Part shown: positions 24,249 to 32,809 of the stretch, one piece after another
How positions within the stretch are numbered: position 1 is the stretch's first letter
Layout: every line of letters begins with the position of its first letter
Assembly: GCA_964450795.1 (NCBI GenBank)
Contig: CAYVDI010000004.1
Span: 4,207-37,323 of the forward strand
Source of the DNA: an uncultured Bdellovibrionales bacterium
GTDB lineage: Bacteria; Patescibacteriota; Minisyncoccia; Moranbacterales; UBA1568
DNA length: 33,117 bases
Direction of reading: 5' to 3'
Position numbers and translations under genes: made by a program
Notes under the pieces: model-generated
Database searches by the model: none
What the model saw: only the letters and a program-made list of their open reading frames with translations
Told to the model about the DNA's origin: nothing

Positions 24249-25559
24249 CTACACTCCGATACCGAAATACGTGAACCCGGCTGCTTCCGCCTCCTCCCGC
24301 TCGAGGATATTGCGACCGTCGACGATGACATTCCCCTTCATACGCTTGCTAAGTTCCTTGTAGTCCGCCGTGCGGAACTCGTCCCACTCGGTGACGATGA
24401 CGAGCGCGTCCGCCTTGTCGAGCGCGTCATACTGTTTCGCGACGTATCTCACTTTCGGATTCCTGCCGATGAATCCCTTGGCATTCTCGGTCGCCACCGG
24501 ATCGAACGCCGACACGGTCGCCCCCACCCTCGTGAGCGCCGCGATGATCGAAAGTGCCGGCGCCTCACGGGCATCATCGGTCCGTGGTTTGAACGAAAGC
24601 CCCCAAAGCGCGATCCGCTTCCCCTTGAGCGTCTTGAGTGATTTCTTGAGATGTACGACCGGCAGAAGCTTCTGCTTCTCATTGGCAGCCTCCACCGCTT
24701 CAAGGATGGTGAAGTCCATGCCGTGTTCCTTCCCGGTGTGGATAAGTGCCTTCACATCCTTCGGAAAGCACGAACCGCCATACCCGATTCCGGCATAAAG
24801 GAACCGCGAGCCGATCCGGCTATCGAAACCCATCCCGCGAGACACCTCCTTCACGTTGCCACCGGCCTTATCGATGAACCGAGCGATCTCGTTTATGAAG
24901 GATATCTTGGTTGCGAGGAACGCGTTGCTCGCGTACTTGATGATCTCCGCGCTCTTCACATCGGTCAGCACCACCGGACGCCCGGATCGGGCGATGGGAC
25001 GATAGATCTTCTCCATGATCTCCCATGCACGCTCACTGTCCGCACCGACGACGACCCGATCCGGATTGAGGAAATCCTTGACCGCCGCACCCTCGCGGAG
25101 AAATTCCGGATTCGAGACGACATCGAACTCGAACTTGCCGTCGCTCGCCCGCGCGATCGCCTCACGGACCCGTTCGGCCGTCCCGACCGGGACCGTGGAC
25201 TTGTTCACGAAGATCTTGTATCCGTTCAGGTTCTTCCCGAAGGTTTCCGCCACCGCGAACACGTACTTTAGGTCCGCCTCGCCGGTCTTGGGATCCGGAG
25301 GCGTTCCGACCGCAGAAAAAATCACGTCCGCCTCACGGATCGCGCGTCCGACATCAGTCGTAAACGAGAGGCGCTCCTGCCGCACGTTCTCCTTGACCAG
25401 TTCCTCAAGCCCGAACTCATAGATCGGGATTCCGCCCCGCTTGAGCTTGTCGATCTTCTTCTTGTCGATATCCGCGCAGATCACCTCATGCCCGATTTCC
25501 GCCATACACGTCCCAGATACCAGCCCTACGTACCCCGTCCCGATAAATGCGAGTTTCAT
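24249..25559 (-). CDS. ugd: UDP-glucose 6-dehydrogenase
   Basis: The Rossmann N-terminus is MKLAFIGTGYVGLVSG. The catalytic Cys motif is GYGGSCFPKDV. At 436 aa it has the full three-domain UDPG_MGDP_dh layout. Confidence 0.95.
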   Translation of the reverse strand: MKLAFIGTGYVGLVSGTCMAEIGHEVICADIDKKKIDKLKRGGIPIYEFGLEELVKENVRQERLSFTTDVGRAIREADVIFSAVGTPPDPKTGEADLKYVFAVAETFGKNLNGYKIFVNKSTVPVGTAERVREAIARASDGKFEFDVVSNPEFLREGAAVKDFLNPDRVVVGADSERAWEIMEKIYRPIARSGRPVVLTDVKSAEIIKYASNAFLATKISFINEIARFIDKAGGNVKEVSRGMGFDSRIGSRFLYAGIGYGGSCFPKDVKALIHTGKEHGMDFTILEAVEAANEKQKLLPVVHLKKSLKTLKGKRIALWGLSFKPRTDDAREAPALSIIAALTRVGATVSAFDPVATENAKGFIGRNPKVRYVAKQYDALDKADALVIVTEWDEFRTADYKELSKRMKGNVIVDGRNILEREEAEAAGFTYFGIGV

Positions 25560-25591
25560 AACAGTTAACAGTCAGCAATTAACAATAAACA
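25557..25591 (-). repeat. Heptad array E (minus strand: TGTTTAT TGTTAAT TGCTGAC TGTTAAC TGTTATG) ending in the ugd start codon
   Basis: The + strand reads CATAACA GTTAACA GTCAGCA ATTAACA ATAAACA. The ATG of the last unit is the ugd initiation codon. Its orientation is inverted relative to array F. Confidence 0.9.
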
Positions 25592-25606
25592 AAGTCTTTC
25601 ATTCCC

Positions 25607-25972
25607 CTATTGGTTATCTTTTGCAATCTTCTCCTTAATTCCCTGAATTCTCTTCCAAAGCATCGCCCCTATCTCATCTGTCAACGCCATAAGAGTTTCA
25701 TACTCTTTCTTTGTCATATACTTTTCTCGGGTACAGAAGAATATAAGGTATTTCGTCTCTTTCAGCGATCCATACGATATTTGAAGAAAGTTTTTCAGCT
25801 CCTTGTTCCCCGTTCTTGCGAAACCCTCGACATAATTGAGAATCACAGATAACGCCGCTCTTCGCAATTGCGAAGTAATCCCATAAATCTCATCCCTCGG
25901 AAATTTCTTTGTCACATCATAGACACCCTTCGCAAATCCATCCATTTTTTCTTTCAGGATATCTTTTTCCAT
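25607..25972 (-). CDS. Four-helix-bundle protein (23S rRNA intervening-sequence protein family; same fold family as DGR Avd)
   Basis: The family signature is SQLRRAALSVILNYVEGFARTGNKELKNFLQISYGSLKETKYL. It is 121 aa and visibly AT-rich compared with the flanking genes. Confidence 0.9.
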   Translation of the reverse strand: MEKDILKEKMDGFAKGVYDVTKKFPRDEIYGITSQLRRAALSVILNYVEGFARTGNKELKNFLQISYGSLKETKYLIFFCTREKYMTKKEYETLMALTDEIGAMLWKRIQGIKEKIAKDNQ

Positions 25973-25999
25973 ATCTGTTTTTGTTTCTTCTCCGTTTCC

Positions 26000-26034
26000 C
26001 GTTGACTGTTAACTGTTATTTGTTATCTGTTTTA
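26000..26034 (+). repeat. Heptad array F (CGTTGAC TGTTAAC TGTTATT TGTTATC TGTTTTA, then TGG), overlapping the 3' end of the GT2 gene on the opposite strand
   Basis: Five in-phase units lie on the + strand, and an ATG spans 26034-26036. The antisense of the array encodes the last residues (..IKQITNNS) and the stop of CDS 26009..26953. Confidence 0.9.
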
Positions 26035-26953
26035 TGGAATAGTTCATCCTGTTTCTCTGGCTGTAGTACGTCTTCACCGCGATATCCACGAGGATACCGA
26101 AGATGAAGAGCTGAACCCCGACCAAGACAAGCAGCGTGCCGACCAAGGGCCAGATACGCTCGGCGAGCGAAGCGCCGAGAAACACCTTCTCGACGAACAT
26201 CCATCCGAGTATCCCGATACCGACGACACCAAGGAGAAGCCCCGTCCCGCCGAAAAGGTGTATCGCTCGGTGCGAGTACTTGCGCCAGAACCAGATGAAA
26301 AGCATATCGACGAATCCTTTGATCGCGCGCTTCCAGTTGTATTTCGTCACGCCGTGGATCCGCGGGTGATGCGAGACTTTCACCTCCGACACGCGGAAAC
26401 CGTCGAGCTGGAGCAAGGCCGGCATGAACCGGTGCATCTCCCCGAAGAGGTCGACTCCATCGAAACATTCGCGACGATACGCCTTGAGACTGCATCCCGA
26501 ATCGTGGATCCCGTCCTTCACGAGTCCCTTACGGAGCAGGTTCGCCCCGCGGGAGAAGAATTTCTTCATGAGGGAATCCTTCCGCTTGAAGCGCCACCCG
26601 GAGACGATATCGTATCCCTTGTCCATCTCCTCAAGTAGGAGCGGGATGTCCGCCGGATCGTTCTGAAGGTCGCCGTCCATCGTGATGACGATATCCCCCG
26701 TCGCCTTCTTGATCCCCGCGTCGAACGCCGCCGTCTGTCCGAAGTTCTTGCGGAACTCGACGAGCGTCAAAGGTGACAGTTCGCGACACAGTTCGACCGT
26801 CTTATCCTTCGAACCGTCATCGACGAAGATGATCTCGAACGGTCGTCCGATCTTTTCGAACGCCTCCCGGATCCGCTTGTGCAACTCAACTACATTCCCC
26901 TCCTCGTTGTATATCGGCACCACCGCCGACAGATACGGTTTCCCGTTTTCCAT
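26009..26953 (-). CDS. GT2 polyprenyl-phosphate glycosyltransferase (Dpm1/ArnC/GtrB-like)
   Basis: Motifs are LSAVVPIYNEEGN, EIIFVDDGSKDKT and TMDGDLQNDP. Two C-terminal TM helices match ArnC/GtrB-type enzymes. Confidence 0.9.
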   Translation of the reverse strand: MENGKPYLSAVVPIYNEEGNVVELHKRIREAFEKIGRPFEIIFVDDGSKDKTVELCRELSPLTLVEFRKNFGQTAAFDAGIKKATGDIVITMDGDLQNDPADIPLLLEEMDKGYDIVSGWRFKRKDSLMKKFFSRGANLLRKGLVKDGIHDSGCSLKAYRRECFDGVDLFGEMHRFMPALLQLDGFRVSEVKVSHHPRIHGVTKYNWKRAIKGFVDMLFIWFWRKYSHRAIHLFGGTGLLLGVVGIGILGWMFVEKVFLGASLAERIWPLVGTLLVLVGVQLFIFGILVDIAVKTYYSQRNRMNYSIKQITNNS

Positions 26954-27003
26954 ACCGGTTTTCCCTAAAAGCTAAAAATCAGCTAAAGGCTGTCCTAGGC
27001 CAT

Positions 27004-27032
27004 ATTGTACCCCCATTTCATTCACTCCGCAA
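27004..27032 (-). promoter_or_regulatory. Candidate promoter of the minus-strand GT2-4HB-ugd-GT4-LPG_TM operon (TTGCGG-17 nt-TACAAT on the minus strand)
   Basis: The + strand reads attgta at 27004-27009 and ccgcaa at 27027-27032, with a 17-nt spacer. It lies about 50 nt upstream of ATG 26953. Confidence 0.45.
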
Positions 27033-27089
27033 ACTTCCCGAAAAGCCGGAAAGCGGATATACTCAAGAGAGATTCATCGGATCCACCAT

Positions 27090-27551
27090 ATGCATATCCA
27101 GGAGCTTCGCGCGAGGCTTGTCTCGAAATATTCGTTCCTTTTCGTCGGAAAGACCTCCCGGACCCGCATCCAGCTCCTCCGGTATCTCTTCGTCGGCGGG
27201 ATATCCGCAGTCATCGATACCGGCGTTTTCATGCTACTCACCGTCTCCGCTGACGCGCACTACATCCTCGCACAGACCTTCGGATTCATCGCCGGCATCA
27301 CCACGAACTATCTCCTCTCCATATCCTGGATATTCGAGCGAAGCCGGAAAATCCTCCCTGAAACCGGGCTCTTCCTCGCGACCGGACTCGTCGGCCTCTT
27401 CCTGAGCTATCTTCTCCTTTTCCTCCTGATCGATGTCCTGGGACTCACCGCTTTCGAGAATATGGCAGCCAAGCTCCTCACTATCGCGATCGTACTCGCC
27501 TGGAACTTCACCTCGAGAAAATTCCTCGTCTTCCATAAGAACACCCTATGA
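27090..27551 (+). CDS. GtrA-family membrane protein (polyprenyl-phosphate-sugar translocation family)
   Basis: The GtrA-like N-terminus is [25 protein letters not shown]. It has four TM helices and is 153 aa. Its TGA stop overlaps the next ATG (ATGA at 27548-27551). Confidence 0.85.
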   Translation: MHIQELRARLVSKYSFLFVGKTSRTRIQLLRYLFVGGISAVIDTGVFMLLTVSADAHYILAQTFGFIAGITTNYLLSISWIFERSRKILPETGLFLATGLVGLFLSYLLLFLLIDVLGLTAFENMAAKLLTIAIVLAWNFTSRKFLVFHKNTL

Positions 27552-29131
27552 AAAAGACCGCTATCATCATCGGAGGCGGACCGGCCGGGCTCACCGCCGC
27601 GCACGAATTCCTCGAAACCACCGACATCCATCCGATCGTTCTCGAAAAGGACGCTATTCTCGGTGGCATCTCGCGTACCGTCGAATACAAAGGGAACCGT
27701 ATCGACATCGGCGGACACCGGTTCTTCTCCAAGTCCGATGCCGTCATGACCTTCTGGAAAAAGATGATGCCCGTCCAAGGCGCGCCCGCCAAGGACGAAA
27801 TCGCACTTCACACCGAAACCGCGGGTCGGCTCGAACCGGGCGGCCCGGATCCGGAGCACGAAGACCGCGTCCTTCTCGTCCGCAACCGCCTTTCCCGCAT
27901 CTACTACCTCAAGAAATTCTTCAGCTACCCCGTCACGCTGAGCCTCTCCACGATATCGAACCTCGGTCCGGTCCGGATCCTGAAAATCGGCATAAGCTAC
28001 GTCTGGGTCCGTCTTTTCCCACGGAAACACGAGCGTTCTCTCGAGGACTTCTTCATCAACCGTTTCGGTCGCGAGCTCTACCTCACCTTCTTCAAAGACT
28101 ACACCGAAAAAGTCTGGGGGATCCCCTGCGCCAAGATAAAGGCCGAATGGGGCGCCCAGCGCATCAAGGGACTCTCGATCACGAAGGCCGTCCTTCACGC
28201 CCTCTCCTCCCTCGTGCCGAAGAAAAAAAGCTCCGGTATCGACCAGAAGGATACCGAAACGAGTCTCATCGAGAAATTCCTCTATCCGAAACATGGACCG
28301 GGAGCGATGTGGGAAACCGTGGCTTCCGGCATCCGGGAAAAAGGCGGTGAAATCCGGATGAACCGGGAGATAGCTTCCCTCGAACTTTCAGGCAGAAGCA
28401 TCGCTTCCGTGACCGTCCGAAACGGCGAGAACACATCGGAAGAACATGTCTCCGGCGATTATTTCCTTTCCAGCATGCCGGTCAAAGACCTCGTCTCACG
28501 GATGCGGGGCGACGTGCCCGAAACCGTCCGCGACGCGGCAGCCAAGCTCGACTACCGCGATTTCATGACCGCCGGCATCCTGCTCCGCAAGCTCGCCATA
28601 CGGAACGAAACCAAGATCCGCACCATGGGAGACATCGTCCCGGACAATTGGATCTACATCCAGGAACCCGGTGTGAAAGTCGGACGCCTCCAGATCTTCA
28701 ACAATTGGAGTCCCTATATGGTGAAGGATCCGGACACCGTCTGGATCGGCATGGAATACTTCGTGAACGAAGGCGACGAGCTCTGGAACATGGACGATAC
28801 CGCGTTCAAATCCTTCGCCGCGAAGGAACTGGCATCGATCGGCATCATCCGCGAGGAAGACGTGCTCGACAGCGTCGTCATCCGCGTGCAGAAAGCCTAC
28901 CCCGCCTACACCGGTGAGGGATACGAGCGGTTCGCCGAGATCAGGGAATTCCTCGACACCATCCCGAACCTCTTCCTCGTCGGGAGAAACGGCATGCACC
29001 GGTACAACAACCAGGACCACTCCATGCTCACCGCCATGGAAGCCGTGAGACTCGCAAACGGAGAAACCGCGTCGAAAGAAAGCATCTGGAACGTGAACGC
29101 GGAACAGGAATACCACGAGGAGAAAAAATAA
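27548..29131 (+). CDS. FAD-dependent oxidoreductase, UDP-galactopyranose-mutase-like (amine-oxidase superfamily)
   Basis: The dinucleotide-binding N-terminus is [19 protein letters not shown]. As recalled, [27 protein letters not shown] and [23 protein letters not shown] resemble eukaryote-type UGM motifs (GGHV.F, F.YP..GG.G..W, G.W.Y...NQDHS...G.EA). Confidence 0.8.
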   Translation: MKKTAIIIGGGPAGLTAAHEFLETTDIHPIVLEKDAILGGISRTVEYKGNRIDIGGHRFFSKSDAVMTFWKKMMPVQGAPAKDEIALHTETAGRLEPGGPDPEHEDRVLLVRNRLSRIYYLKKFFSYPVTLSLSTISNLGPVRILKIGISYVWVRLFPRKHERSLEDFFINRFGRELYLTFFKDYTEKVWGIPCAKIKAEWGAQRIKGLSITKAVLHALSSLVPKKKSSGIDQKDTETSLIEKFLYPKHGPGAMWETVASGIREKGGEIRMNREIASLELSGRSIASVTVRNGENTSEEHVSGDYFLSSMPVKDLVSRMRGDVPETVRDAAAKLDYRDFMTAGILLRKLAIRNETKIRTMGDIVPDNWIYIQEPGVKVGRLQIFNNWSPYMVKDPDTVWIGMEYFVNEGDELWNMDDTAFKSFAAKELASIGIIREEDVLDSVVIRVQKAYPAYTGEGYERFAEIREFLDTIPNLFLVGRNGMHRYNNQDHSMLTAMEAVRLANGETASKESIWNVNAEQEYHEEKK

Positions 29132-30556
29132 CTACCTCCGGATGAAGAGATCCGGATACCGGTCGGATTGCTCATAGAAATCGGCGATAGCCGATTTCTT
29201 CGGCTTTATGAAGGAATCCGAAACAACCTTCGGCTTCCGCTCCGCGATACGATCATAGGCATCATACTCATACGGCCTTAGTGACTGATACGCGGCAAGC
29301 ACCCCTTTCTTCGGACGGACGGAGAACCAGAAATAATCCATATCCTTCCGGAAGATATTGAAATTCGCGTCACCGTCGTACACGAGATCATCCGGCCCGG
29401 TGATTCCCATGACGTACTCGATTTTTCGGAGCTGACCCACGTTTCCATCCCCCACCTCATCGAAAACGAGGTACACCGGATATATCGTGGACAACACGAG
29501 AAGCGCGACCGCACAGCGCAGACACTTCGTCGAAAGCGCGAGTATCGCCTGTGCCGCGACGATCGCGACGAACGGGAGCGCCGTGAGGTAATATTGGGCA
29601 AAAGGCGTCTTCGCGAGGAACACCGTCCCGAGCAACCCAAGCGAAAGGAATACGAAGAGATTCACTTCCCTTTTCCGGAACAGCAGTACGATACCGCCGA
29701 GATATGCGATCCAGAACACTGGATTTTCGGTGGACGAGATCCAGAGATACTTCAGTGGGAAGAACGTATTCAGAAGCACCGTATTCACCGTCCAGTTAAG
29801 AAAGAGATATTCCGACCATGAATACGCTGATGAAACGTATGCGACGAATCCGATCAGCATCGCGAGCAAGACTCCCCAGAGAATCAGAAAATCCTTTACC
29901 GGCATCGTCTTCTTGATGACGCGGTACAGCGTGTAGAGACCGAGAAGCGCGACGAGAAACACCGCCTTCTGGAGAAACAGGAACGAGACGAAAAGCGACA
30001 CAGGAACAAGCAAAAGGAAGATGCGCCGACCGGATTTCAGATACCGGAGGAAAAAAAAGACCCCGAGCATACCGAAAAGCGCCTGCGGAACATCGGGCCG
30101 CACTTCGATGACCTTATCGAGAAACATGAATGTCGTCGACAGGAGAAATGCCGAAAGAAGGGCTATTCCCCTTCCGAGCGTCATTTTCGCCAGCGCGTAC
30201 GCGAGAAAGACGATGCCTGCCGCCATGAGGAACGAAAGCATACGCGACGCGAGTATCATATCGGTATCCGCCCCGAACCAGGCGATGAGCCACCCGAGAA
30301 CATCATAGAGAAGGAAGTGGTGATGCTGGAAGAAATCGACATATATCCTCTCTCCCGAGAACATCTTCCATGCCGTATGCATCGCTTCGAATTCGTCGTG
30401 CCCGAACGGCCGCACGAATGCGTTCCAGAGCGACAGTGCGCCGAACACCGTCAAACCCGGAATCGCGATCCGCTCGACCCACGACCATCCCGAAACTATC
30501 TTTTTTATCCGCTCCATACGATTTGAGACTAAAAATGTGCTTTCATTATCCCACAT
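29132..30556 (-). CDS. GT-C fold membrane glycosyltransferase (GT39/ArnT-like)
   Basis: The first-loop motif is RPFGHDEFEAMHTAWKMFSGERIYVDFFQHHHFLLY. It is polytopic throughout. Its stop abuts the stop of the convergent gene with 0 nt between them. An alternative start is ATG 30517. Confidence 0.8.
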   Translation of the reverse strand: MWDNESTFLVSNRMERIKKIVSGWSWVERIAIPGLTVFGALSLWNAFVRPFGHDEFEAMHTAWKMFSGERIYVDFFQHHHFLLYDVLGWLIAWFGADTDMILASRMLSFLMAAGIVFLAYALAKMTLGRGIALLSAFLLSTTFMFLDKVIEVRPDVPQALFGMLGVFFFLRYLKSGRRIFLLLVPVSLFVSFLFLQKAVFLVALLGLYTLYRVIKKTMPVKDFLILWGVLLAMLIGFVAYVSSAYSWSEYLFLNWTVNTVLLNTFFPLKYLWISSTENPVFWIAYLGGIVLLFRKREVNLFVFLSLGLLGTVFLAKTPFAQYYLTALPFVAIVAAQAILALSTKCLRCAVALLVLSTIYPVYLVFDEVGDGNVGQLRKIEYVMGITGPDDLVYDGDANFNIFRKDMDYFWFSVRPKKGVLAAYQSLRPYEYDAYDRIAERKPKVVSDSFIKPKKSAIADFYEQSDRYPDLFIRR

Positions 30557-30599
30557 CCGCGCGGATTCCCCGAGACAAGTTGACTTTAAGACAGTCTTC

Positions 30600-31775
30600 T
30601 TACCTTATTTCTCCTCCCCAAATATATCCTTCGAAATTCGGAACTTCGGATCGTCCGACGAGACGATGTTTTTTTACGCCAGCAAGTTCCGAAAGTTTTC
30701 CAAGCTTCTTCCCATCCTGAAACACCGGAGATTCCTTCACCTCAAGCGCCACCTTGCCATCAAGAATGAAATCAATCTCTCTCCCGCTCTTCGTGGAATA
30801 ATACTGAATCAATCCATGATGTCGAAGCTGATTAAAGACAGCGTTTTCAAACTTCGATCCACTGCTCGTATCAGCGAGAATATCAAGTAATCCATTGTCA
30901 CAGAAATACAATTTTTTCGCTTTCACGATTTCCCTGTCCGGATTATTCGTAAGAACCGGGACGCGCGCGATGATGTACGTCTGTTCGAAAAAATCCATGT
31001 AGTTTTTCACCGTCTCCCTGGTCATCCCGGATAGTCTGGCCATTTTCGCATAATCGATCTTCGTTCCGACCCTCTGCGAAAGCATCTTAAGCAAGTTCTG
31101 GACATTATCCAGATTCCTGAAATCTGCCAGTGTCTTTATATCGATCCGTGTATAGGAATCAAGTATGTCAAAGAGCAGGCTTTTCTTATCTTCCGCTTTC
31201 GGAATCAGAACGACTTCAGGAAAACCACCAAAGGTTACATATTCTTCATAGTATCCCCTCAGCCGCTCATATTCATGGACGTTGAAGTCCTTTTCAAGAA
31301 AATCCGCGTCCGTATGTGGCGCACCCTTGAAGTCCAGAAACTCGGAAAAGTCCAGTGGGTAGAGCTCAAAGATTCTTTTCCGCCCGGAAAGTGATTCTGA
31401 AAAAAAATTCTTCAGATAATAGGAGCTCGAACCGGTAACGACAAATTTTATCTTGTAATGATCGTAAAGGTATTTGAGGACACTCGGAATATTTTTTACA
31501 AGCTGAATCTCATCAAGGAAAAGATACGACTTCTTACTAAGGTCAATCCCGAATTGCTCCAGGCTGTTCGCGATCGAATCATAATTTTTCTGCGAAAAGA
31601 GATCTCTATTGTCCAATCGCTCAAAATCCAAATACAGCTTGTTTTCAGATACAAGCTCCCCCATGAGGTACTTTATAGCGGTCGTCTTTCCGGTCCGACG
31701 CATACCGGTTAAAACGGTGATATGCGGACTTTCCAGATGCTCTTTTAAAAGCGGATATAGCCTTCTTGGAAACAT
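30600..31775 (-). CDS. AAA+ ATPase with a C-terminal DUF4143 domain (AAA_14 family)
   Basis: Walker A is GMRRTGKTT and Walker B is YLFLDEIQ. The family layout is typical and the length is 391 aa. It is visibly AT-rich compared with the flanking GT genes. Confidence 0.9.
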   Translation of the reverse strand: MFPRRLYPLLKEHLESPHITVLTGMRRTGKTTAIKYLMGELVSENKLYLDFERLDNRDLFSQKNYDSIANSLEQFGIDLSKKSYLFLDEIQLVKNIPSVLKYLYDHYKIKFVVTGSSSYYLKNFFSESLSGRKRIFELYPLDFSEFLDFKGAPHTDADFLEKDFNVHEYERLRGYYEEYVTFGGFPEVVLIPKAEDKKSLLFDILDSYTRIDIKTLADFRNLDNVQNLLKMLSQRVGTKIDYAKMARLSGMTRETVKNYMDFFEQTYIIARVPVLTNNPDREIVKAKKLYFCDNGLLDILADTSSGSKFENAVFNQLRHHGLIQYYSTKSGREIDFILDGKVALEVKESPVFQDGKKLGKLSELAGVKKHRLVGRSEVPNFEGYIWGGEIR

Positions 31776-31802
31776 ATCTATTTATTACTAAATGACGTCT
31801 AT

Positions 31803-31831
31803 ATAATACATAAAGTATTACTATTTGTCAA
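31803..31831 (-). promoter_or_regulatory. Sigma70-type promoter of the AAA+ ATPase gene (TTGACA-17 nt-TATTAT on the minus strand)
   Basis: The + strand reads tgtcaa at 31826-31831 and ataata at 31803-31808, with a 17-nt spacer. It lies about 28 nt upstream of ATG 31775. Confidence 0.55.
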
Positions 31832-31859
31832 CTAATCAACGCTAAAAACTCATATATCC

Positions 31860-31890
31860 ACTGGAAGTGAGCTTAAAGCTCACTTCCAGT
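31860..31890. repeat. Perfect 31-nt palindrome ACTGGAAGTGAGCTT-A-AAGCTCACTTCCAGT
   Basis: The 15-bp arms are exact reverse complements around a single central A. It lies in the AT-rich divergent intergenic region, about 30 nt upstream of the ATPase -35. Confidence 0.9.
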
Positions 31891-32008
31891 TCAGATAAAC
31901 GTAAACCAAGAAAAGTGCAAAATTGAACATTCGACAGAAAAACCACAAAACGAGCGCCGAATACTTGCATTATACCAAAAAAGAACAACTTCCACGATTC
32001 CTGCCAAG

Positions 32009-32018
32009 ATGCTACAAT
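32009..32018 (+). promoter_or_regulatory. Candidate extended -10 promoter (TGc-TACAAT) for the GT2/DUF2304 pair
   Basis: TG lies at 32010-32011 and TACAAT at 32013-32018. The -35 is weak (TTCCAC). It sits 22 nt upstream of ATG 32040, which is preceded by AAAGGA. Confidence 0.4.
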
Positions 32019-32039
32019 AAGCCACAAGAAAGGATTCCT

Positions 32040-32801
32040 ATGCCCCAAACCGAAACCCGCGAAATCCACTACGAAACCCGCGATGTCGAAATCGACATCC
32101 TTGAAACGGTCGTCCGCGAAGACACACCGTCCGTTTTCATCGTCATCCCCGCTTACAACGAGGAAACCGTCATCGGGGACGTCATCGCCGAGATCCGCCA
32201 AGCCGGATACGACAACATCCTCGTCGTCGACGACGGATCCAAGGATGCGACATATGAGAAAGCGAGGAAAACCGGCGTCCTCACATTCCGGCACGCTCTG
32301 AACCGCGGCAAGGGTGCCGCCACCAAGACCGGTATCGAAGCCGCAAAACTCAAGAATGCCGATATCATCGTCACCATGGACGGTGACGGCCAACACAGCC
32401 CCACGGACATCGAAAAACTCGTCGCTCCCATCCGTGACGGACACTGCGATGTCGTCCTCGGAACACGCCTCAAGAATCCCGAGGGAATGCCGAAATACAA
32501 AATCGTCCACAACTGGATCGGCAACGCCATCGTCTGGTATCTCTACGGTCTGTGGGTCAGCGACAGCCAGTCCGGCTTTCGCGCCTATTCCCGCCATGCC
32601 GCCGAAGTCATAAACACGAAAACGGACCGCTACGAATACGACAGCGAGGTCATCCGCGAGATCTACAAATACAAGCTCGCATACCGCGAAGTCCCGATCG
32701 AGGTCCGCTATACCGAATATTCGATGGGGAAACTCCACAAACAGAGCCTCGCAAATGGCATCAAGACCCTCTACCGCATGATCTTCCACATGTTAAAATA
32801 A
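32040..32801 (+). CDS. Glycosyltransferase family 2 (Dpm1-like; the type usually paired with DUF2304)
   Basis: I place the start at ATG 32040 (MPQTETREI...). Motifs are FIVIPAYNEETVIG, ILVVDDGSKDAT, NRGKGAATKTG and TMDGDGQHSP. The listed 31923 start would add an AT-rich, non-homologous extension. Confidence 0.9.
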   Translation: MPQTETREIHYETRDVEIDILETVVREDTPSVFIVIPAYNEETVIGDVIAEIRQAGYDNILVVDDGSKDATYEKARKTGVLTFRHALNRGKGAATKTGIEAAKLKNADIIVTMDGDGQHSPTDIEKLVAPIRDGHCDVVLGTRLKNPEGMPKYKIVHNWIGNAIVWYLYGLWVSDSQSGFRAYSRHAAEVINTKTDRYEYDSEVIREIYKYKLAYREVPIEVRYTEYSMGKLHKQSLANGIKTLYRMIFHMLK

Positions 32802-32809
32802 TCCACATT

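Noticed and set aside
25607-25972. Whether the four-helix-bundle protein marks a diversity-generating retroelement (Avd accessory protein)
   Set aside because: The window has no reverse transcriptase gene and no template/variable repeat pair. The only long-ish repeats are the heptad arrays. The gene is kept as a stand-alone family member.
27407-28294. Long alternative-frame and antisense ORFs over the UGM-like gene (27407..28294 minus, 27433..28350 plus). Similar ones lie at 31842..32789(-), 22146..22952(+), 23079..23852(+), 10128..10949(+), 17221..17958(-), 11811..12509(-) and 4996..5769(+).
   Set aside because: Each overlaps a CDS with strong family motifs in another frame or strand and has a skewed, Arg/Pro/Ser/Glu-rich composition. 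None has its own start context or a recognisable domain.
29129-29134. Convergent genes whose stop codons abut with no intergenic base (27548..29131 plus and 29132..30556 minus)
   Set aside because: It is noted as a sign of genome compaction and possible transcriptional interference. The sequence shows no terminator or regulatory structure, so nothing specific can be claimed.
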